The notes under the pieces are model-generated. The model worked only from the letters and a program-made list of their open reading frames with translations. It was not told where the DNA came from and made no database searches. From Heptranchias perlo (taxonomy: Eukaryota): a stretch of 64,000 nt of DNA. Below are positions 1 through 11,727 of the stretch, in pieces. A program made the position numbers and the translations under genes. Every line of letters starts with the position of its first letter. The first letter of the stretch is position 1. The stretch lies in NCBI RefSeq assembly GCF_035084215.1, contig NC_090334.1:7936001-8000000 (forward strand), written 5' to 3'.

Positions 1-530
1 GGGGGCCTATATAATCCTCCCACCAGTGATTTCTTTCCCTTGCTATTTCTTACCTCCACCCAAAATTGATTCGACATCTTGATCTTCTGAGCCAAGATCA
101 TTTCTCACTATTATACCAATTTCATCCTTTATTAACAGAGCTACCCCACCACCTTTACCTTTTTTCCCATCCTTCCGAAATAACCCTGAATATATAGCTC
201 CCAAACTTGGTCACTTTGCAACCATGTCTGTGTAATGACCACGAGATCATACCCATTTGTTGCTATTTGAGCTGTCAATTCATCTATCTTATTCCGAATG
301 CTGTGCGCATTCAGATAAAGAACCTTTAATTTTGTCTTTTTACCATTCTTTCCTACCCCAGCCCCATTTGCTGGTGGACTCTTATGTTTGTACGCTCAGT
401 CCCTTCCTGACACACTCTGTTTATCATTACCCCCATCACTTTCCTGTACTACTTCCTTGTCTTTTCTCTATCAATCTAAACGTCTAAACTTCGCCCCACC
501 TGAGCCCTCCAGCCCCTCTATTTAATTTAT
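1..530 (-). mobile_element. CR1 LINE 5' part (APE endonuclease N-terminus), degraded, inverted relative to the adjacent copy
   Basis: Minus-strand translation gives LKVLYLNAHSIRNKIDEL...YDLVVITQTWL...GGGVALLIKD...LYRPP with frameshifts, typical of the CR1 ORF2 endonuclease start. Confidence 0.8.
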
Positions 531-552
531 CCACCATAATCAAAACTATTAC

Positions 553-2113
553 AGAGTGACAAATCCCCAGGACCAGATGGTTTCCATCCCAGGGTTTTAA
601 AGGAAGTAGGTGAGCAGATTGCAGATGCCCTAACTATAATCTTTCAAAGTTCTCTAGATTCAGGAACTGTCCCTCTCGATTGGAAAATTGCACATGTCAC
701 TCCGCTTTTTAAGAAAGGAGAGAGAGGGAAACCGGGGAATTATAGACCAGTTAGCCTAACATCTGTTGTGGGGAAATTGCTGGAGTCTATAATTAAGGAT
801 AGGGTGACTGAACACCTCGAGAATTTTCAGTTAATCAGGGAGAGCCAGCGTGGATTTGTGAAAGGTAGGTCGTGCCTGACAAACCTAATTGAATTTTTTG
901 AAGAGGTGACTAAAGTAGTGGACAGGGGAATGTCAATGGATGTTATTTATATGGACTTCCAGAAGGCATTTGATAAGGTCCCACATAAGAGACTGTTAGT
1001 TAAGTTAGAAGCCCATGGAATCGAGGGAAAAGTACGGACTTGGTTAGGAAGTTGGCTGAGCGAAAGGCGACAGAGAGTAGGGATAATGGGAAGGTACTCA
1101 CATTGGCAGGATGTGACTAGTGGAGTCCCGCAGGGATCTGTCTTGGGGCCTCAATTATTCACAATATTTATTAACAACTTAGATGAAGGCATAGAAAGTT
1201 TCATATCTAAGTTTGCCTTTGACACAAAGATTGGTGGCATTGTAAGTAGTGTAGATGAAAACATAAAATTACAAAGGGATATTGATAGATTAGGTGAATG
1301 GGCAAAACTGTGGCAAATGGAATTCAATGTAGACAAATGTGAGGTCATCCACTTTCGATCAAAAAAGGATAGAACAGGGTACTTTCTAAATGGTGAAAAG
1401 TTAAAAACAGTGGACGTCCAGGAACATAGATCATTGAAGTGTCATGAACAGGTGCAGAAAATAATCAAGAAGGCTAATGGAATGCTGGCCTTTATATCTG
1501 GAGGACTAGAGTACAAGGGGGCAGAAGTTATGCTGCAGCTATACAAAACCTGGTTAGACCGCACCTGGAGTACTGTGAGCACTTCTGGGCACTGCACCTT
1601 CGGATGGACATATTGGCCTTGGAGGGAGTGCAGCGTAGGTTTACTAGAATGATACCCGGACTTCAAGGATTAAGTTACGAGGAGAGATTACACAAATTGG
1701 AGTTGTATTCTCTAGAGTTTCGAAGGTTAAGGGGTGATCTGATCGAAGTTTCTAAGATATTAAGGGGAACGGATAGGATGGATGGAGAGAAACTATTTCT
1801 GCTGGTTGGGGATTCTAGGAGTAGGGGGCACAGTCTAAAAATTAGAGCCAGACCTTTCAGGAGTGAGATTAGAAAACATTTCTACACACAAAGGGTGGTA
1901 GAAGTTTGGAACTCTCTTCCGCAAATGGCAGTTGATACTAGCTCAATTGCTAAATTTAAATGTGAAATGGATAGCTTTTTGGCAACCAAAGGTATTAAGG
2001 GATATGGGCCAAAGGCAGGTATATGGAGCTAGATCACAGATCAGCCATGATCTTATCAAATGGCGGAGCAGGCACGAGGGGCTGAATGGCCTACTCCTGT
2101 TCCTATGTTCCTA
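553..2113 (+). mobile_element. CR1/HER1-type LINE, 5'-truncated, RT to 3' tail
   Basis: DKSPGPDG, YRPVSLT, DFQKAFDKVPH, SGVPQGSVLGP, FAFDTK (mutated FADD), frameshifts, RVVEVWNSLP; ends in a (GTTCCTAT)n tail. Confidence 0.95.
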
Positions 2114-5100
2114 GCACTGGAAAGGGATAATGTTGTTGAATGGTTAATAGCAGAATCTATTTAAGGAACAACAGAGGAGCTATTATGGTACTAGGTGTAT
2201 ATTGTAGGCTACCAAATAGTAGGAAGGATATAGGGGAGCAAATTTCCAGGCAAATTATGGAAAGATGCAAGAATTATAGAATAGTGATAATGGGAGACTT
2301 CAATTATCCCAATATAGACTGGGATAGTAACAGTGTAAAGGGCAAAGAAGGGGAGGAATTCCTGAAATGTATACAAGAGAATTTTCTCGTTAAGTGTGTT
2401 TCCAGCCCAATGAGGAAGGAAGCAGTGCTGGATCTAGTTCTGGGGAAAGAGGTGGGGCAAACAGAACATGTTTCAGTGGGGGAGCATTTGGGGAACAGTG
2501 ATCATAATATCATTAGGTTTAGAATAGTTATGGAAAAGGACAATGAACAATCAAGTGTAAAAATACTTAACTGGAGAAGGCAAATTTCAGTGAGTTAAAA
2601 AGGGATCTTAACCTAGTGGATTGGCATCAAAAATTGATAGGCAAAACAGTAATTGAACAATGGGAGGCGTTCAAGGAGGAGATGGTTCGGGTTCAGAGTA
2701 GACACATTCCCAAGAGGGGAAAAGAAAGGGCATCCAAAGATAGAGCTCCCTGGACGACTATAGATATAGAGATTAAAATGAAACAGATAACGGCGGCTTA
2801 TGACGAATCAAAAGCAAATACTGCGGATGCTGGAATTCTGAAATAAAAACAGAAAATGCTGGAAGTACTCAGCAAGTCGGGCAGCATCTGTGGAGAAAGA
2901 AACAGAGTTAACATTTCAGGTCGATAACCTTTTGTCAGAACTGGAAGAAGTTATAGATTTAACCGTTTTCAAGCAAGTACAGAGCCAGGCAAAAGGGGAG
3001 GGAGGAAGGGGAGGGGAGGAAAGAACAAAAGGGAAGGTCTGGGATAGCGTGGAGGGCAGATAATTAAATGACAAAAGGGATGAAGGTGCAAGGCAAGGAG
3101 CGTTGTTAATGGGCAAGAAAAGAAACAAAGGAAGTTGTAATCAGCAGAACCATTACCAGCACCTGCTGTCCAAAAAAATGGAAGCAGTGGTTATGATCTG
3201 AAGTTAATTGAAATCAATGTTGAGTCTGGAAGTTTGTAAAGTGCCTAATCATGACAAATGGCTTATGACAAATGTAAGGTTCCTAATACAGTAGAGAACC
3301 AAGCTAAATACAGAAAGTACAGAAGAGATACAAAAAAGAGAATAAGAGGAACAAAGAGAGAATATGAGAATAGATTAACGGCTAACATAAAAGGGAACCC
3401 AAAAGTCTTTTATGAACATATAAATAGTAAAAGGGTAGTCAAAGCAAGGGTGGGGCCGATTAGGGACAAAAAAGTAGATCATCTTGTGAGCCAGAGGGTA
3501 TGGCTGAGGTACTCAATGAATGCTTCACGTCGGTCTTCACTAGAGAAGAGGATGCTACTAATGTAGCAGTAAAAGAGAAGGTAGTAGCGATATTGGATAG
3601 GATAAAAATAGGATAAAAATAGGAGGTACTTAATGGGTGGCAGTGCTCAAAGTAGGAATGTCACCCGGTCCAGATGGGATGCATCCTAGGTTACTGGAGA
3701 AAGTAAGGATGAAAATTGTCGGAGGCTCTGGCCGCAATCTTCCAGTCCTCCTTAGATATAGGGACGCTGTCAGAGGACTGGAGGATTCCAGATGTTAGAC
3801 TCTTGTTCAAAAAAGGGGAGAGGGTTAAACCTGGCAGACAATCTATCGTCGGTGGTGAGGAAACTTCTGGAGACAATAATCCGGGACAAAATTAATTGGC
3901 ACTTGGAAAAGTATGGGCTAATAAATGAAAGTCAGCACTGATTTGTTAAAGGAAATCGTGTTTGACTTACTTGATTGAGTTCTTCGATGAAGTAACGGAG
4001 AGAGTTGATGAGGGTAGTGAGGTTGATGGTGTATATATGGACTATCAAAAGGCATTTAATAAAGTACCACATTATAGACTTGTTAGCAAAATTGAAGTCC
4101 ATGGGATTAAAGGGACAATGGCAGCGTGGATATAAAATTGGCTACGGGACAGAAAGCAGAGTAGTGGTGACCGGTTGTTTTTCAGACTTGAGGGAAGTGT
4201 GCAGTGGTGTTCCCCAGGGTCGGTATATTAGGACCATTGCTCTTTTTGATACATATTAATGACCTGGACTTGGGTATACAGGATATAATTTCAAAGTTTG
4301 CAGATGACACGAAACTCAGATGTAGTAAACAATGTGGTGGATAGTAACAGACTTCAGGAAGACACATAGACAGACTAGGGAAACGGGCAGACACATGGCA
4401 GATGATATTTAACGCACAGAAGTGTGAAGTGATGCATTTTGGTAGGAAGAATGAGGAGAGGCAATATAAACTAAATGGTACGATTTTAAAGGGGGTGCAG
4501 GAACAGAGAGACCTGGGGTTACATATACACAAATCTTTGAAGGTGGCAGGACAAGTTGAGAAGGCTGTTAAAAAAGCATATTGGATCCTGGGCTTTATTA
4601 ACAGCGGCAAAGAGTACAAAAGCAAGGAAGTTATGCTGAACATTTATAAAACACTGGTTAGGTATCAGCTGGAGTATTGAGTTCTATTCTGGGCACCACA
4701 CTTTAGGAAGGATGTCAAGGCCTTAGAGGGGGTGCAGAAGAGATTTACGAGAATGATACCAGTGATGAAGGACTTCAGTTATGTGGAGAGACTGGAGAAG
4801 CTGGGGTTGTTCTCCTTAGAGCAGAGAAGTTTAAGACGAGATTTGATAGAGGTGTTCAAAACCATGAAGGGTTTTGATAGAGTAAATAAGGAGAAATTGT
4901 TTCCAGTGGCAGAAGGGTCGGTAACCAGAGGACACAGATTTAAGGTGATTGGCAAAAGAACCAGAGGCGACATGAGGAAATATTTTTTTAAGCAGCGAGT
5001 TGTTACAATCTGGAATGCACTGCCTGAAAGGGTGGTGGAAACAGATTCAATAATAACTTTCAAAAGGGAATTGGATAAATACTTGAAGGAAAAAAAATTA

Positions 5101-5225
5101 CAGGGCTATTGGAAAAGAGCAAGGGAATGGGACTAATTGGATAATTCTTTCAAAGAGGCACAGTGGGCTGAATGGACTCCTTCTGTTCTGTAACATACCA
5201 TGATATTACTATGATACTATGAATT
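2114..5225 (+). mobile_element. CR1 LINE (endonuclease to 3' tail), heavily frameshifted, carrying a Penelope-derived insertion
   Basis: IMGDFNYPNIDW, LDLVL and SDHN endonuclease motifs; RT fragments SGVPQG and FADDTK; IWNALPERVV; short-repeat tail. Confidence 0.92.
2809..3259 (-). mobile_element. Penelope-derived 3'/pLTR fragment inserted in CR1
   Basis: Terminus aaaacagaaaatgctggaagtactcagc...agcatctg; decayed hammerhead core on - (CTGACAA..GAAAtgTT, ~2903-2941); flanked by ggcttatgac(g/a)aat at 2795-2808 and 3260-3273. Confidence 0.65.
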
Positions 5226-5289
5226 CAGAGGCTGAAGGGGAAATGAAAAATGTCCATTGGTGTCCTTCTGAGATTGGAGATAAAGTATA

Positions 5290-8200
5290 TTCAAGAACCA
5301 AAGGACTAGTGAGAGGGAGGAACTGAAGGAAACCAGTATTAATTTAAAAAAATAGTGCTCGGAAAATTAATGGGGCTAAAGGCTGACAAATCCCCAGGGC
5401 CTGATAATCTACATCCCAGAGTACTAAAGGAAGTGGCCCTGGAAATAGTGGATACATTGGTGATCATCTTCCAAAATTCTGGAACAGTTCCAACAGATTG
5501 GAGGGTGGCAAATGTAACCCCACTATTTAAAAAAGGAGGGAGAGAAAATACAGAGAATTACAGACCAGTTAGCCTAACATCAGTAGTGGGGAAAATGCTA
5601 GAGTCTATTATAAAAGGTGTGATAACAGAACACTTGAAAGGCATTAACGGGAATGGACAAAGTCAGCATGGGTTTATGAAAGGGAAATCATGCTTAACAA
5701 ATCTACCGGAGTTTTTTGAGGATGTAACTAGTAGAATAGATAGGGGAGAACCAGTGGATGTGGTGTATTTGGATTTTCAGAAGGCTTTTGATAAGATTTT
5801 TTTTTCAATCGTTCATGGGATGTGGGCGTCGCTGGCGAGGCCAGCATTCATTGCCCATCCTGAATTGCCCCTGAGAAGGTGGTGGTGAACCACCTTATTG
5901 AACCGCTGCGGTCTGTGTGGTGAAGGTTCTCCCACAGTGCTGTTCGGAAGGGAGTTCCAGGATTTTGACCCAGCGACGATGAAGTAACGGCGATATATTT
6001 CCAAGTCGAGATGGTGTGTGACTTGGAGGGGAACGTGCAGATGGTGTTCCCATGAGCCTGCTGCTCTTGTCCTTCTAGGTGGTAGAGGTCGCGGGTTTGG
6101 GAGATGCTGTCGAAGACGTCTTGGCGAGTTGCTGCAGTGCATCCTGTGGATGGTACACACTGCAGCCACAGTGCGCCAGTGGTGAAGGGAGTGAACGTTT
6201 AGGGTGGGTGGATGGGGTGCCAATCAAGCGGGCTGCTTTGTCCTGGATGGTGTCGAGCTTCTTGAGTGTTGTTGGAGCTGCACTCATACAGGCAAGTGGA
6301 GAGTATTCCATCACACTCCTGACTTGTGCCTTGAAGATGGTGGAAAGGCGTTGGGGAATCAGGAGATGAGTCACTCACTGCAGTATACCCAGCCTCTGAC
6401 CTGCTCTTGTAGCCACAGTATTTATATGGCTGGTCCAGTTAAGTTTCTGGTCAATGGCGACCCCAGGATGTTGATGGTGGGGGATTCGGTGATGGTCATG
6501 CCATTGAATGTCAAGGGGAGGTGGTTAGACTCTCTCTTGTTAGAGATGGTCATTGCCTGGCACTTGTGTGGCCCGAATGTTACTTACACTTATCAGCCCA
6601 AGCCTGGATGTTGTCCACGTCTTGCTGCATGCGGGCTTGGACTGCTTCATTATCTGAGGGGAAGGTCATTGATGAAGCAGCTGAAGATGGTTGGGCCTAG
6701 GACACTGCCCTGAGGAACTCCTGCAGCAATGTCCTGGGACAGAGATGATTGACCTCCAACAACCACTACCATCTTCCTTCGTGCTAGGTATGACTCCAGC
6801 CACTGGATAGTTTTCCCCCTGATTCCAATTGACTTCAATTTTTCTAGGGGGTCCTTGGTGCCACACTCGATCAAATGCTGCCTTGATGTCAAGGGCAGTC
6901 ACTCTCCCCTCACCTCTGGAATTCAGCTCTTTTGTCCATGTTTGGACCAAGGCTGTAATGAGGTCTGGAGCCGAGTGGTCCTGGCGGAACCCAAACTGAG
7001 CAGGTAATTAGTAAGTGCCGCTTGATAGCACTGTCGCTGACACCTTCCATCACTTTGCTGGTGATTGAGAGTAGACTGATGGGGCAGTAATTGGCCGGAT
7101 TGGATTTGTCCTGCTTTTTGTGGACAGAACATACCTGGGCAATTTTCCACATTGTTGGGTAGATGCCAGTGTTGTGGCTGTACTGAAACAGCTCGGCTAG
7201 AGGCGCAGCTAGTTCTGGAGCACAAGTCTTCAGCACCAGAGCCAGGATGTTGGCAGGGCCCATAGCCTTTGCTGTATCCAGTGCAGTCAGCCATTTCTTG
7301 ATATCACGTGGAATGAATCGAATTGGCTGAAGACTGGCTTCTGTGATGGTGGGGTTATTGGGAGGAGGCTGAGATGGATCATCCACTCTGGCTGAAGATG
7401 GTTGCAAATGCTTCAGCCTTGTCTTTTGCACTAATGTGCTGGACACCACCATCATTGAAGATGGGGATGTTGACAGAGCCTCCTCCTCCCGTTAGTTGTT
7501 TAATTATCCACCACCAATCACGACTGGATGTGGCAGGACTGCAGAGCTTTGATCTGATCCATTGGTTGTGGAATCGCTTAGCTCTGTCTATAGCATGTTG
7601 CTTCCGCTTTTTAGCATGCATGTAGTCCTGAGTTGTAGCTTCACCAGGTTGGCACCTCATTTTTAGGTACGCCTGGTACTGCTCCTGGCATGCTCTTCTA
7701 CACTCCTCATTGAACCAGGGTTGATCCCCTGGCTTGTTGGTAATGGTAGAGTGAAGAATATGCTGGGCCATGAAGTTACAGATTGTGCTGGAATACAATT
7801 CTGCTGCTGCTGATAACCCACAGCACCTCATGGATGCCCAGTTTTGAGCTGCTCGATCTGTTCTGAATCTATCTCATTTAGCACGATGGTAGTGCCACAC
7901 AACACGTTGTATGGTATCCTCAGTGCGAAGACGGGACTTCGTCTCCACCAGGACTGTGCGGTGGTCATTTCTACCAATACTGTCATGGATAGATGCATTT
8001 GCGACAGGTAGATTGGTGAGGACGAGGTCAAGTAAGTTTTTCCCTCGTGTTGGTTCGCTCACCACCTGCCACAGGCCCAGTCTGGCAGCTATGTCCTTCA
8101 GGACTCAGTCAGTAGTGGTGCTACCGAGCCACTCTTGGTGATGGACATTGAAGTCCCCCACCCAGAGTACATTCTGTGCCCTTGCTACCCTCAGTGCTTC

Positions 8201-10180
8201 CTCCAAGTGGTGATCAACATGGAGGAGGACTGATTCATCAGCTGAGGGAGGGCAGTAGGTGGTAATCAGCAGGAGGTTACCTTGCCCATGTTTGGCCTGA
8301 TGCCATGAGATTTCATGGGGTCCGGAATCAATGTTGAGGACTCCCAGGGCCACTCCCTCCTGACTGTGTATCACTGTACCGCCACGTCTGGTGGGTCTGT
8401 CCTGCTGGTGGGACAGGACATACCCAGGGATGGTGATGGAAGAGTCTGGGACGTTGGCTGAAAGGTATGATTCTGTGAGTATGGCTATGTCAGGCTGTTG
8501 CTTGACTAGTCTGTGGGACAGCTCTCCCAATTTTGGCACAAGTCCCCAGATGTTCGTGAGGAGGACTTTGCAGGGTCTTCAGGGCTTGGTTTGCCTTTGT
8601 CATGTCCGGTGCCTAATGGTCCGATGCCGGGTGGTCCATCCGGTTTTATTCTTATTATGACTTTTTTTAAGCAAGATTTTACCACTGAGTGGCTTGCTAG
8701 GCCATTTCAGAGGGCAATTAAGAATCAACCACATTGCTGTGGGTCTGGAGTCACATATAGGCCAGACCAGGTAAGGACGGCAGGTTTCCTTCCCTAAAGG
8801 ACATTAGTGAACCAGATGGATTTTTACGACAATCCGGTAGTTTCATGGCCACCGTTACTGATACTAGTATTTTAATTCCAGATTTTATTTTTAATTAATT
8901 GAATTTAAATTCCCCAGTTGCCGTGGCAGGATTTGAACTCACGACTCCAGATTATTAGTCCAGGCCTTTGGATTACTAGTCCAGTAACATAACCACTATG
9001 CTACCGTACTCTTGTTGCTCCCACGCAAGAGGTTAGTGTGCAAAATTAAGGCACATGGGATTGGGGGCATATACTGGCATGGATTGAGAATTGGTTGACA
9101 GACAGGAAACAGAGAGTAGGAATAAACGGTCTTTTTCTGGATGGCAGGCAGTGACTAGTGGGGTACCGCAGGGATTAGTGCTTGGGCCCCAGCTATTCAC
9201 AATATATATCAATGATTTGGATGAGGGAACTAAATGTAACACTTCCAAGTTTGCAGACGACACAAAGCTGGGGTGGAATGTGAGCTGTGAGGAGGATGCA
9301 AAGAGGCTCCGATGTGATTTAGACAAGTTGGGTGAGTGGGCAAGAACATGGCAGATGCAGTATAACGTGGATAAATGTGAGGTTATCCACTTTGGTTGTA
9401 AAAACAGAAAGGCAGATTATTATCTGAATGGTGATAGATTGGGAAAAGGGGAGGTGCAACGAGATCTGGATGTCTTTGTACACCAGTCGCTGAAAGCGAG
9501 CATTCAGGTGCAGCAAGCAGTTAGGAAGGCGAATGGTATGTTAGCCTTCATTGCAAGAGGATTTGAGTACAGGAACAGGGTTGTCTTACTGCAGTTATAC
9601 AGGGCCTTGGTGAGACTACATCTGGAGTATTGTGTGCAGTTTTGGTCTCCTTACTGAGGAAGGATGTCCTTGCCATGGAGGGAGTGCAACGAAGGTTTAC
9701 CAGACTGATTCCTGGGATGGCAGGACTGACATATGAGGAGAGATTGGGTCGATTAGGCCTGTATCCACTGGAGTTTAGAAGAATGAGAGGTGATCTCATC
9801 GAAACATATAAAATTCTAACAGGACTGGACAGACTAGATGCAGGGAGGATGTTCCCGATCGCTGGGGAGTCCAGAGCCGGGGGTCAGTATCTCAGGATAC
9901 GGGGTATGCCATTTAGAACTGAGATGAGGAGAAATTTCTTCACTCTGGGTGGTGAACCTGTGGAGTTCTGTACCACAGAAGGCAGTGGAGGCCAAGTCAT
10001 TAGATGTATTCAAGAAGGAGATAGATATAATTCTTAATGCTAAAGGGATCAAGGGATATGGGGAAAAAGCGGGAACAGGGTACTGAGTTAGACAATCACC
10101 CATGATCATTTTGAATGGCAGAGCAGGCCCAAAGGGCCGAATGGCCTACTCTTGCTCCTATTTTCTATGTTTCTATGTTT
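5290..10180 (+). mobile_element. CR1 LINE split by a nested LINE (halves ~5290-5796 and ~9019-10180)
   Basis: Left half ends at DFQKAFDK; right half resumes at (V)P.KRL and continues through SGVPQG and FADDTK to a (TTTCTATG)n tail. Confidence 0.93.
5797..9012 (-). mobile_element. Near full-length LINE of a second family (APE + RT, CR1/L2/Jockey supergroup) with tRNA-like 5' head and poly(A) tail
   Basis: Minus-strand ORF pieces: DIAILTES..., WVGDFNVHH, NLLDLVLT..NDH, KAMGPANI, NYCPISLLS, ALDIKAAFDRVWH, GVPQGSVLGP, KSWNSLP; T-run at 5797-5805; A/B-box-like head at ~8925-9007. Confidence 0.9.
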
Positions 10181-10389
10181 GAGCATCATCTACATCTTAC
10201 TCATGTGATTCTTGTCCTGGGATTACTTGATGTTCATACAAGGTGCAAAAAATGAAAACTGTTCCCTTCTGACATTTTTAATTTTAATGAGCTTAAATTC
10301 ATCACCAAAAAAAAGTTATAGTCACAATCCATGTAAGACCAGCCATTGTTAGTAAACAGGTGTTGTTATTGCTACCATCTGTTTTACAG

Positions 10390-10443
10390 GCTGAAGAATT
10401 GCGTCCAGGTTACAGCAAATCCAACACGGTCTACATTGCAAAG
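10390..10443 (+). CDS. RMDN3: RMDN-family internal coding exon (AEELRPGYSKSNTVYIAK)
   Basis: ttttacag/...aag|gtaatc splice sites; 54 nt, phase 0; resembles the RMDN2/3 C-terminal AEELxPGxS..YxxK motif. Confidence 0.85.
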
Positions 10444-11017
10444 GTAATCTAGCTGCCAAATTCTTGGGTAGAGTTACTAGTTGAGTAACCCAAGGAACTA
10501 TAGGGTGCCAGCTGACTAAGGCACAAAATTACTGCCTTTCACTTATAGAAACTGAACAGATACAACTGCATCCAAAGTAAAGGAACTAAAAGCTACCTGA
10601 TCAAGAGCTACAACACCGTATTAATAATGATAATTGAGGTTTCATGGACCTATCCTGGTTACAGCAGTAGTTTCCTAACCAGGTGTTGGTTGTCATTAGA
10701 GTTTTTAAGTAATGTATATACCAGGCCTTCTCTGTTTCACCAGACTAAGTTTGTAAGAAGGAAGCAAAGCTAACCATGCCATCCTTACCTGCATCCTTCT
10801 AACACACATTCTGGTTTTACAGGAGCGACAGGGGTTGCCTGCGGGAGGTCATCTTGTCCTCCCCTTTCCATTACCTTCCTAAGTTTCCGTGGTGGCTTTT
10901 TTTTTCCTGCAGGAGCTATAGGTGAATGATGTTCCTGAGCACTCTCACTTCTGTGTCCCATCGGTGGCAAAATCTTCTTCAGTCATTCTGCATTGGAGAC
11001 ATACAGACCAGGAAAAA

Positions 11018-11291
11018 AGTGTAGTCACTGTTCTAATGTCGGAAACATGGCAGCCATTCACGCACAGTTAGGCCTCACAAACAGCAATGAGATAATGGCC
11101 AGATAATTTGACTTAGTGGTTAAGGGATAAATATTGGCCAGGACATTGGAAAGAACTCCCCTACTCTTCTTCGAAATAGTCTTATGGGATCTTTTGCACT
11201 CACCTGAGAGGGCAGACAGGGCCTCAGTTTAACATCTCATCCGAAGGATGGCACCTTCGACAGTGCAGAGCTCCCTCAGTTCTGCACTGGA
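11018..11291 (-). mobile_element. DeuSINE (SacSINE1-like) fragment
   Basis: Reverse complement of the family repeated about 11 times in the window (ccatgggatcttttac..cacctgagagggcagac...gacagtgcagcactccctcagt). Confidence 0.8.
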
Positions 11292-11727
11292 GGAAGGTCC
11301 CAGGTTCGATCTTCAGTATGTGCTGAGTTATCTCATCAAGTACCATAGAACTCTCTTTATATAAGAAATATGTTTTTGAGACTTGGCAAGGTGCCCTGAA
11401 TCATGAAAACCATATTGTGAATAATGTTTGCTTGTATGCATGGGACAAAGTGCATACCATAATTCTAAATTCCCTGTTACTATGCACATGCCCCACCCCA
11501 TTACTTTTCTTTACACAATTCTAAACAGTAACAAATTGTTACTTGGAGAAAAATGTTTGTCCAGTAATATAGTGAAACCAATGTCTTTGTTGCCTGGGTT
11601 TAACTGTTCTTCAAACGATAGTACTGTTGCTGTCGGGCAGTGGAAGGGGCACTGCATTTGGCCTCATCACCCCAGACTCATGGAGATACAAAGATCAGCC
11701 AGAGTTGTCACTCCTGATCACTAAATG

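Noticed and set aside
768-1652. 294-aa RT ORF as an active or domesticated gene
   Set aside because: 5'-truncated CR1 with the catalytic motif mutated to FAFD, a deletion and a frameshift.
8925-9007. tRNA genes at SINE and LINE heads (also 11728, 39653, 55443, 59326, 60645)
   Set aside because: Only A/B-box-like motifs attached to repeat bodies; no cloverleaf evident.
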